A DNA stretch of 12,774 bases from a candidate division FCPU426 bacterium (GCA_030637655.1 DAOWGI010000086.1:1-12774); one strand, 5' to 3'. Numbered from the stretch's first letter, positions 1-7,144 are shown. Program-made: numbers and translations. The notes: a model not told the origin generated them from the letters alone.

Positions 1-141
1 ACCACAGCAGCTTGAGGTGGTTTGAAGCCATCCCCTGCAAGACGGCTCCGAAGGGCCTTCCTCCATCTCATGCACAGCATGGATTCGCAAGAGAGTTATT
101 TACTGCATATTCACACCTCCCCGCGCTCCTTCGTGGCGCAC
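1..141 (-). mobile_element. 5' end (start of domain I) of a second group II intron, probably bacterial class D (RmInt1-like), nested in the outer intron RT gene; continues beyond the window edge
   Basis: Minus strand reads TAT GCG GAT GAT T|GTGCGCCACGAAGGAGCGC..., with GUGYG at 141. The segment GATGGAGGAAGGCCCTTCGGAGCCGTCTTGCAGGGGATGGCTTCAAACCACCTCAAGCTGCTGTGGT closely resembles the RmInt1 domain I 5' region as I recall it. Confidence 0.85.
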
Positions 142-984
142 AATCATCCGCATACCGCACCATTTGGTATCCTTGCCTTTCCATCTCATGATCCAGCGGG
201 TCCAAATATATGTTTGACAGCAATGGACTGATCACCGCTCCTTGCGGTGTTCCTTCTTCCGGTCTCCAGCTTTTCATGCTCTCCATGACTTCCTGCTTCA
301 AGTATTGTCTGATCAGATCCAGCAGTCTTCCGTCGCTGATCTTCTCGGCTACCAGCTTGAGCAGCTTATCATGTGGTATGCTGTCGAAATAGCTTTTCAG
401 ATCAACATCCACCACCCATATGTATCCGGCTTTTAACTTCCGGCCTACTTCCCGCAGGGCGTCTTTGCATCCTCGGCCGGGCCGGAATCCGTAACTTCCC
501 TTTGCAAATCCTTTCTCAAAGATCGGCTCCATTACATCTTTCACTGCCTTTTGCACTATGCGGTCTTCCACTGTCGGTATCCCTAACGGCCTTTTCTCCG
601 AACTGCCAGGCTTCGGAATATATTCACGCTTGATTCCTTGCGGCTCGTATGTCCCTTCCCTCAGCTTTCGACTTATCCGTCGAGGTTTCCCTCCAGTTTG
701 CTTTCGTACTGCTCGATACTTTGCCCATCCACTCCTGCGCTGCCTTTGTTGGCTTTTACTTTCTCATATGCCGCTTCCAGGCTGCGCAGGGCATACACTT
801 TGTCGATCAGACTGAACCACTTGCCACCTTTCAACCCCGTCTCCAGGGCGGTCAACATGCGCTTCGTCCATATTGCCGGTTCCACCCATTCCCATCTCTC
901 GCGGATTTCTCCAACTTGCTTAGCCACGGAATCTTCCGGTTTCGGCACTTCCGCTGGTTTTGCTTCCGGCTGTATGGCCTTCAC
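142..984 (-). pseudogene. ltrA: Group II intron reverse transcriptase/maturase, disrupted by a frameshift near 680 and an intron insertion after YADD
   Basis: GTG start at 984 preceded by GGTGGAG. RT0 motif VKANKGSAGVDG, then stop TAA at 675-673. The -1 frame continues RISRKLREGTYEPQGIKREYIPKPGSSEKRPLGIPTVEDRIVQ, SYGFRPGR, VDVDLKSYFDSIPH, GTPQGAVISPLLSNIYL, VRYADD. RT similarity stops abruptly after YADD. Confidence 0.93.
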
Positions 985-1213
985 GTCTCCACCTTCCTGC
1001 GCTCCTTTGCTCCATGCCCGTTACGGCACTTCATCGCTAATACGGGCGCTCTGACTCCTGTCCGGCTCTCGCCACCTTGACAGGTCTCCCTGCTTCACGC
1101 ATTCCGCCTTCTTGCCGTCCTGTCTCCAACCACCCCACATGCTCCACGTCAGCTTTCTGCGTTTCCTTTCAGCTTCGCGGCTTTCCTCTCTTGGAGGTCT
1201 AGGTTTCGCCTTT

Positions 1214-1218
1214 GAATC
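1214..1218 (-). other. Putative EBS1 (GAUUC) of the outer intron
   Basis: Lies in the loop of GGTGAGCCCGC-GATTC-AAAGGCGAAACC, a context resembling the EBS1 stem-loop of compact group II introns. Perfectly complementary to the last 5 nt of the 5' exon (GAATC, 1398-1394). Confidence 0.65.
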
Positions 1219-1393
1219 GCGGGCTCACCGTCATGCAAGGCCGAATCGAGTTCGCTTTTCTACGGGCCGGCTTTTCGCCTCTTTCTGCTCCCCACCCCGC
1301 CTCACGACGACGCAGTTGACTTTGGCTTCAGGTGTGGAAACTTCACCTGGAGAGGACTTACACCTCTCGGACTGCTTGCGCTTGCAGGCGCAC

Positions 1394-1422
1394 GATTCCG
1401 GCTTAAACCATGCCGGAATGAC
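1394..1422 (-). repeat. REP-like hairpin GTCATTCCGGC-ATGGTTTAA-GCCGGAATC forming the 5' exon/target site of the outer intron
   Basis: 8-bp stem ATTCCGGC/GCCGGAAT (1395-1402 and 1412-1419) with a 9-nt loop, ending 1 nt before the intron's GTGCG. The GTCATTCC...GGAATC pattern is typical of a widespread family of intergenic palindromic repeats. Confidence 0.7.
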
Positions 1423-1645
1423 GGACGCTACGAAACTTGGCGGTTGGCCCGGGTTGCATGAATTTGTCGTTTCCGCAACAGCAACTAATTAATTATTGCT
1501 TAAATCACCTCAAATAATATCATCCGCCTAAAAATTAGCCAATCTATTTGACTGAGGAAAATTAAATTCCTTGCACTCTTTTTTACTTTTTTATGTTTCC
1601 TATAGGGCAGATACACCTCAATCAAGTATTAAATTTCTTTAAGTT

Positions 1646-1675
1646 TTGCTTCTCTTTTCCGATTCTATGTATAAG
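1646..1675 (+). promoter_or_regulatory. Possible sigma70-type promoter for the secreted protein/PorV pair
   Basis: TTGCTT-18 nt-TATAAG in an AT-rich intergenic region about 30 nt upstream of the ATG at 1708. Weak match only. Confidence 0.25.
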
Positions 1676-1707
1676 CAGTTTGATGACATTTATTGCGAGA
1701 TGAAAAC

Positions 1708-4065
1708 ATGACGAAATTTCTGAAAACCACTCCCATTCTGATTGCCTCGCTCTTGCTCTTGGTTGGGATTTCACAGGCAGATGTTACAGGTGTTACTTTT
1801 CATAATGTAGGCTTTGACGGCATGCGTTTTAGTGCCTCTTCAACCAATAATGTAGTCGCCAAATATGAAATTACTGCAGATACCATGGGAGGCTCTCTTA
1901 CTGCATTTGCTATCAATAACTATTACCAAACCCCGGCAGCAGAAGAAGGTCCGGATATTGTCCCCAACAGCGTCAAACTTTGGTACATGGCAGACGGCAG
2001 TGCTTTTAATGCCGGCACAGCCGTGTTTGTGGATACTCTACCATATATTGGTGCAGGTAGTTACGTTTGGGAACGCTTTCCTTTAAATCATCTGCTAATT
2101 AATGGAAGTATGCTATATGTTACTGTTGATATTACAGCCACTCCAACAGAAAACGCAATATGTGCATTCCAAGGTTATAAGGATGAATCAGAAATCCGCA
2201 ACCCAGGTCCAAGTTATATATATTTCCCCTCAACAACAGTCGAACCTTCCTCCCCACCTCTAATTTACCTCACCTCCTACACTGAACCCACTCAGGTTCA
2301 GGTGAGCAATATCAATTTCGGACAATCCTCTGTGTCCACAGGCCAGACGCTGGATCTTTTGGAATTTACTTTAGACAATATCGGCGGCGGTTTGACCGGC
2401 CCGGTTTATCTCAGCGGTTTAACCATTACAGTATATGATCAATTCGGCGCTGTCATCGCGCCGGATACTGCTTTTGACTCGATCGGCATCCGGGATGGTG
2501 TAACAGATACGCTTCTTTCTTTTGTGTCCTCACCCCCGGCCGGCGCTACCGGCATTTTCTTCCCCCTCTCGGTTTCGGTTACAGCTCTCACTGACAAAAA
2601 GCTCAAGCTTTTTGGTACGGCGACGACCAATACCACCACTGCTGTTTCCGCCTTCTATGTGGATTGGTTTAGCAGCTTAAATTTGGATGCCCAATATCTT
2701 TACACTCTAAGCACTGTTCCTGTGAATCCTGCCGGCGGTTATTCTTTCCCCATGGCCACTAATGTAATGGATGTGTTTTTTACGGCCACGCAAGTACAAG
2801 TTTACCACACACCAATTCTAGCGGACAACACAGTAGTGCTCAAAGGTCAGACAGACATCAATCCTGTGAATTATACGTTCATTAACCCGGGAAACTCGCG
2901 CACCTCGCGCATTGATATAACCAGTCTTACTTTAACAGTGACAAATGGTGATGGTGACACTATAACACCTTCTGCGGTTTTTTCCCGTGTAGCCATATCC
3001 GGCGGCCTCCTCTATGGCGAAACCACCTCGATTCCAACCACCGGCAGCGAGGTCACCATCACCTTGTCCAATAGTTATATTTCAGTGCCGGCCTATCAAC
3101 CTGTAACAACAACCGTGCAAGTGGACATACTCCCGGATGCCGGCGCGGTTGACTTTAGGTTAGTTCTGTCCGGCACCGCAGGTATTGCCGGGCAAGACGC
3201 GAATAATCTGCAGGCAGTGGCTGCTTTTGCAGCCTATGGCTCGGATCCCTTTCCCATGTCTTCAAACACTGTCCGTATAGCCAGCACATTTAATGTGACC
3301 TGTTGTTCTTTGGCGCCAATAACCTTGTATCCCAAGCAGCGGTCTGACATGTTGGAAATAACCTTTGAGCATCCGGGACCTGTGGATATGGGCAACCTGG
3401 AGCTGCGCGGCATTACCGTGACCGCTCAGGATCAAACAACCGGCGTGAATTTAAATAATTTCCTCTCAGATGTATACCTGGTCAAAGGCAACAGTTCGGA
3501 ATTGGCGCATAGCGTCATTTCTGCATTCGGAAGTGAAATTTATTTACCTTTAACCAATGTCACGATCGCTCCTTTTACCTCTTTGACCATGACCATTGAA
3601 ATACGTTTGAAAACCGCTCCAATCCAAGGAACACTTCGTATCGGGATTGCGGGCAATACTGATATCGATGCGTATCAACCCGCTGATCCCACTCGTCCGG
3701 TTTTTGTGGCCGGACTCTGGCCATTATTAAGCAATGCCGCAACAGTGGGAGGCGGCGAAGGCCAACTGCGCCTGTCCAACTATCCAAATCCCTTTGCTGC
3801 CGGCAGAGTAGTGACGCGCATCGCCTATTTCTTATCCGAATCAGCAACAGTCACAGCCCGGTTATATACCCTAACCGGCAACCGGGTAAATTCCCTGGCA
3901 GAGGGTGTTTTCCAGACTCCCGGCGAACAGGTGTTGCTCTGGAATGGCCGCGCGGCCACAGGCGCTGCTGTGAAAAACGGCGTTTATTTGCTGCGTATTG
4001 AAGCGGTATCTGTAGCAACCGGCGAAATCATAACGCAGATACGAAAAATAGCGGTGGTGAAGTAA
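1708..4065 (+). CDS. Secreted/surface protein with signal peptide, tandem ~160-170 aa beta-rich repeats and a C-terminal T9SS type A sorting/FlgD Ig-like domain
   Basis: N-terminus MTKFLKTTPILIASLLLLVGISQA is a Sec signal (ATG 1708 preferred over TTG 1693). Body is Thr/Ser/Val-rich. C-terminus reads LSNYPNPF...IAYFL...VTARLYTLTGNRV...LLWNGR...VKNGVYLLRIEA...KIAVVK. Confidence 0.82.
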   Translation: MTKFLKTTPILIASLLLLVGISQADVTGVTFHNVGFDGMRFSASSTNNVVAKYEITADTMGGSLTAFAINNYYQTPAAEEGPDIVPNSVKLWYMADGSAFNAGTAVFVDTLPYIGAGSYVWERFPLNHLLINGSMLYVTVDITATPTENAICAFQGYKDESEIRNPGPSYIYFPSTTVEPSSPPLIYLTSYTEPTQVQVSNINFGQSSVSTGQTLDLLEFTLDNIGGGLTGPVYLSGLTITVYDQFGAVIAPDTAFDSIGIRDGVTDTLLSFVSSPPAGATGIFFPLSVSVTALTDKKLKLFGTATTNTTTAVSAFYVDWFSSLNLDAQYLYTLSTVPVNPAGGYSFPMATNVMDVFFTATQVQVYHTPILADNTVVLKGQTDINPVNYTFINPGNSRTSRIDITSLTLTVTNGDGDTITPSAVFSRVAISGGLLYGETTSIPTTGSEVTITLSNSYISVPAYQPVTTTVQVDILPDAGAVDFRLVLSGTAGIAGQDANNLQAVAAFAAYGSDPFPMSSNTVRIASTFNVTCCSLAPITLYPKQRSDMLEITFEHPGPVDMGNLELRGITVTAQDQTTGVNLNNFLSDVYLVKGNSSELAHSVISAFGSEIYLPLTNVTIAPFTSLTMTIEIRLKTAPIQGTLRIGIAGNTDIDAYQPADPTRPVFVAGLWPLLSNAATVGGGEGQLRLSNYPNPFAAGRVVTRIAYFLSESATVTARLYTLTGNRVNSLAEGVFQTPGEQVLLWNGRAATGAAVKNGVYLLRIEAVSVATGEIITQIRKIAVVK

Positions 4066-5798
4066 TGCGTAAATATCTCCGCTCTCTCATCATTGGCGCG
4101 AGTATCGCGGGCTTGGCTTTTCCGCTTAGCGCTCAGGCGGCGCCGGATGCGGGTACTGACTCTGCTTTGTATTTGGGCAGTGGAGCGCGCGCGATTGCCA
4201 TGGGACGGACCGGGGTGACTGCTTTTGATTCCGCTTTTACCGCGGACTGGAATCCCGGGAGTCTGGGATTCTCTCCGCAATGTTCGGTTTCTTTACAACA
4301 CGCTTCTTTATTCGGCAACGCCTGGCACGAGAGCCTGGGTTTTGTATTTCCCACTCTGGATTACGGCACTCTCTCTTTGACCTTTGCCCGCATGGAAGTT
4401 GGCGGCATTGAAAGACGGGATGAGTATAATTTGCCGCGCGGTGACTTCGGAATGACTGAGCAGCAGGCTGTGATCGGTTACGGGTATAATGTCTGGGGAC
4501 CGTTTTCCGCGGGAACCGCACTCCGGGTACACAATTTGCGTCTGGATGGATTAACCGGCACCTCACCCGGAATTGACGCGGGTATTGCCTTCAAACTGCC
4601 CCTCCGGACCATAATCTTAAAAGAGGTCAGCAGCGGGTTCAGCTGTCGTAATGCTTTGGGACCGGCCTTGAAATTGAGCAATGAAGCGGATCGGCTTTTT
4701 CCCACCTGGCGTTTGGGCGCGGCTGTTAAAATGGAATTGGTTCCTGATTTTCCGGATCGTCTGATCATCCGGGCAGAAGCGGAAAAACCGGAACGCGCGG
4801 ATATTCGCCGGCAGGTGGGTTTGGAATACACAGTCTATGATTTGGTTTCCGTGCGCGGCGGCTGGGATCATGAATATCTCTCTGCCGGTATTGGCGTAAC
4901 CTACCTTGGTCTTACCTTTGATTACGCGCTCAGCTTCCCTGACCTGGGAATGCGTCACTTAATGACACTCTCCTATGCCATTGGTCAGAGCGTGATTGAG
5001 CGGCGTGCCAACCGGGAACGCGATGCCGAACGCCGGCGCCAAAAAATTGTCGAAAATATGAAAAACAAAATTATTCGGGATTACATAGCCCAGGCCAAAA
5101 TACATACCCAAAAACAGGAATTCGAGGAAGCTGCCAAATTGTGGGAAAAAGTGCTGGACTGGGCGCCGGACAATGCTGAGGCGAAGACAAAATTGGCTCA
5201 TATGGAAGAAGAAATCGTACGCGTTAAAAATTCCCGCGATCTAAAAACCGCTCAGGATTACCTGCGTAAAAAACAGTATATTGATGTGATGGTGGAATGC
5301 CAACGGGTTTTGGAACGCGATCCGAAAAACGCGATTGCCAAATCCTTACATGCTCAAGCTGAAAAAAAAGCGCAAAATCTGGGCAAATTCTCTTATACCA
5401 CCAATGTAAAACTGTTGCAGCGTATTCGGGAAGAATACCAACTCGGACTCCAAGCCTACACCAAGCGTGATTACTTGGAAGCAGTCAAACATTGGGAACG
5501 GGTAATAGAGGCCTCACCCTTGCAAAAACAGGTATACCGTTATCTGCAAAGCGCCCGCACCCGAATTCTCAAAGCGCAAAAAACTAAGAACAAAACACCG
5601 AAAATTGCCAGAGAAAACAAAAAGAAGCGGATGTATAAAAAAGCGGTGGAATTTTCACGCGAAGGCAAGCTCAAGGACGCGGTGCGCAGCTGGGAAAAAC
5701 TGGTCAAGGAAAATCCGAATGACCGGGATGCCAAACAAAATCTGGACAAAACGCGCAAGAACTTGATCGATAGTCAGAAAAAAGGCATTCGCTGGTAA
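4065..5798 (+). CDS. PorV/PorQ (UPF0164)-like outer-membrane beta-barrel fused to a C-terminal coiled-coil/TPR region
   Basis: Signal peptide ending AQA. Motifs GSGARAIAMG and DWNPGSL are typical of PorV/FadL-like N-termini. Amphipathic strands run to ...FDYALSF...RHLMTLSYAIG, followed by TPR-like units (EAAKLWEKVLDWAPDNAEA, CQRVLERDPKNAIA, EAVKHWERVIEASP, DAVRSWEKLVKENPNDRDA). Start overlaps the upstream stop (TAATG). Confidence 0.82.
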   Translation: MRKYLRSLIIGASIAGLAFPLSAQAAPDAGTDSALYLGSGARAIAMGRTGVTAFDSAFTADWNPGSLGFSPQCSVSLQHASLFGNAWHESLGFVFPTLDYGTLSLTFARMEVGGIERRDEYNLPRGDFGMTEQQAVIGYGYNVWGPFSAGTALRVHNLRLDGLTGTSPGIDAGIAFKLPLRTIILKEVSSGFSCRNALGPALKLSNEADRLFPTWRLGAAVKMELVPDFPDRLIIRAEAEKPERADIRRQVGLEYTVYDLVSVRGGWDHEYLSAGIGVTYLGLTFDYALSFPDLGMRHLMTLSYAIGQSVIERRANRERDAERRRQKIVENMKNKIIRDYIAQAKIHTQKQEFEEAAKLWEKVLDWAPDNAEAKTKLAHMEEEIVRVKNSRDLKTAQDYLRKKQYIDVMVECQRVLERDPKNAIAKSLHAQAEKKAQNLGKFSYTTNVKLLQRIREEYQLGLQAYTKRDYLEAVKHWERVIEASPLQKQVYRYLQSARTRILKAQKTKNKTPKIARENKKKRMYKKAVEFSREGKLKDAVRSWEKLVKENPNDRDAKQNLDKTRKNLIDSQKKGIRW

Positions 5799-5829
5799 CC
5801 AAGATGATGGGACGGGTTTGAAAAATGGT

Positions 5830-5861
5830 TTGTAGAGGCGCGATTAATCGCGCCTCTACAA
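5830..5861. repeat. GTAG-family REP element (perfect 32-bp palindrome)
   Basis: TTGTAGAGGCGCGATTAATCGCGCCTCTACAA, intergenic between convergent genes. Confidence 0.8.
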
Positions 5862-5863
5862 GA

Positions 5864-5907
5864 ATAAAAAAAGGGGACATGCTTTTTTAGCATATCCCCT
5901 TTTTTAT
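5864..5907. terminator. Bidirectional intrinsic terminator
   Basis: ATAAAAAAA-GGGGACATGC-TTTTTTA-GCATATCCCC-TTTTTTAT: stem flanked by A and T tracts between convergent genes. Confidence 0.85.
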
Positions 5908-5913
5908 CACTAA

Positions 5914-6288
5914 TTATTCTTTATTCAACATCTCCCCGACCTGTTCGCCCAATTCATAGGGATCAAAGGGTTTGATGATATAATCGTCAGCCCCGACTTT
6001 CAGGCCCTCCTCAGCATCACCTTTTTGACCTTTGGCAGTCAGCATGACCACCGGAATATTTTTGGTCCTATCATCCGCTTTTAGCTTTTCACAGACTTCA
6101 TACCCGTTCATATCCGGCATCATGATGTCCAGCAGGAAAAGGTCAGGCAAACTATCCTTAGTCTTTTCCAGAGCTTCTATTCCGGAGAAGGCCTCAATCA
6201 CATCATAATTGGCCATCTCCAAGGATATTTTCACGAGCTTGACAATATCCGGCTCGTCATCCACTACCATAATTTTATACTTAGCCAT
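5914..6288 (-). CDS. Single-domain response regulator (receiver only, CheY/DivK-like)
   Basis: IMVVDDE, LLDIMMPDMNG (phospho-acceptor Asp), MLTA and YIIKPF motifs. No output domain. AAGGAGG RBS. Confidence 0.95.
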   Translation of the reverse strand: MAKYKIMVVDDEPDIVKLVKISLEMANYDVIEAFSGIEALEKTKDSLPDLFLLDIMMPDMNGYEVCEKLKADDRTKNIPVVMLTAKGQKGDAEEGLKVGADDYIIKPFDPYELGEQVGEMLNKE

Positions 6289-6309
6289 AACATCCTCCTT
6301 AATACGTCA

Positions 6310-6407
6310 CCGCGAATTCCCCGCATTTGAATGCGGGGATGAGCGGCTAAAAAATAATGCTTTTCTTCATCTCGGACCAAATTCCCCGCGCTTCATGCGG
6401 GGAATTT
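6310..6407. repeat. Twin-hairpin element resembling IS200/IS605 terminal palindromes (possible non-autonomous PATE/REP doublet)
   Basis: TCCCCGCATT-TG-AATGCGGGGA (6318-6339) and AAATTCCCCGC-GCTTCAT-GCGGGGAATTT (6379-6407). Both share AATTCCCCGC...ATGCGGGGA and are about 40 bp apart. Confidence 0.6.
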
Positions 6408-6778
6408 TAACGCGTGGTCCATTTATAATACAAGCCGCCGCCGATCAGCGAAAATACTCCGCCGGCCATGATTCCAGCCAAAGACCACGCCCGCCATTGC
6501 AGAATAAAGGCCGTGTATTTGGTGATTTGATCCACAGATTCCAGCAGGTCCATTTTGGGCAGCAATACCACATAGGCAATGGAATGCATTGCCACTGAGA
6601 CTAAAATACAACCCGCTCCGATCAAGGGCAATATCCAAACCGGCTTTCCGTTTATAATCGCCAGCATCTTTTTCAGTACTATACTGTACCATATCATGGA
6701 AATTGCCAACAAAACAAATCCTATTTCATAGGGCAATGCATCGATCGGATATTGTTCAAACCAGAACATAATATCCAT
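6407..6778 (-). CDS. Hypothetical membrane protein (about 3 TM helices)
   Basis: 123 aa with three hydrophobic stretches. GGAG RBS; start lies 3 nt after the upstream stop. Confidence 0.8.
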   Translation of the reverse strand: MDIMFWFEQYPIDALPYEIGFVLLAISMIWYSIVLKKMLAIINGKPVWILPLIGAGCILVSVAMHSIAYVVLLPKMDLLESVDQITKYTAFILQWRAWSLAGIMAGGVFSLIGGGLYYKWTTR

Positions 6779-6781
6779 GCC

Positions 6782-7144
6782 TTATTCTCCCTTCGGTTCG
6801 GAACCGGACTGTGGTTTTGTCACATAGGACAAAACACTGGAAAATTTGGCCGTGCCGAGCAAACAAAAAAAGCCGGAGGCCAGCAAAGCAATATAAGCAA
6901 TCCATTGCGCCAATTCCGCTAATTTCGGATTATCCAACAAGGGTGTGGCTTTAAACACCAAAAAGATGGTATACACCAGCAAGCCGGTGGGCGCTGCCAT
7001 CAATAAGGTGCTGTAAGTGGCACGGTTAAAAACCTGGCGGTAGCGCCGCGCGATCATGCCAAATAAAGCATAACTAATCCAGAGTAAAATACTCCCAAAG
7101 ATCGCAACCAAGTAACTCGTTGCTTCCCAGATTTGTTCCTGCAT
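6782..7144 (-). CDS. Hypothetical membrane protein (about 3 TM helices)
   Basis: 120 aa with three hydrophobic stretches. GAGGTG RBS; operon-like spacing. Confidence 0.8.
   Translation of the reverse strand: MQEQIWEATSYLVAIFGSILLWISYALFGMIARRYRQVFNRATYSTLLMAAPTGLLVYTIFLVFKATPLLDNPKLAELAQWIAYIALLASGFFCLLGTAKFSSVLSYVTKPQSGSEPKGE

Larger units (their letters stand above)
142..1393 (-). mobile_element. Group II intron (outer/host intron), 5' portion: domains I-III and the start of domain IV with the RT ORF. Interrupted at 141/142 by a second intron; domains V-VI are not in the window
   Basis: Minus strand begins GTGCGCCTGCAAGCGC at 1393 (GUGYG consensus). Short domain II hairpin CCTGTC...GACAGG at 1084-1057. 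Domain III-like GAGTCAGAGCGCCCGTATTAGCGATGAAG...GGAGCAAAGGAGCGC at about 1057-999, directly followed by a group II intron RT ORF. Confidence 0.92.

Noticed and set aside
68-571. 167-aa ORF as a complete stand-alone RT
   Set aside because: It is an internal fragment. Homology extends upstream through a frameshift, and the last 24 aa are translated intron RNA.
142-984. RT as part of a retron, DGR, CRISPR-RT or Abi system
   Set aside because: RT0, IPKP/RPLGIP, PQG and YADD motifs plus flanking ribozyme domains I-III identify a group II intron. No TR/VR pair, cas gene or msr/msd was seen.
1394-1422. Hairpin as an intrinsic terminator or integron attC site
   Set aside because: It has no U-tract on either side and no RYYYAAC/GTTRRRY core sites.
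22-1492. Plus-strand ORFs (22-231, 373-633, 638-1054, 649-1080, 1112-1492 and others)
   Set aside because: They are antisense shadows of the intron RNA and RT gene, with no recognisable motifs.
3575-5758. Minus-strand ORFs overlapping the cargo and PorV-TPR genes
   Set aside because: They lie opposite well-supported genes and have no coding signatures.
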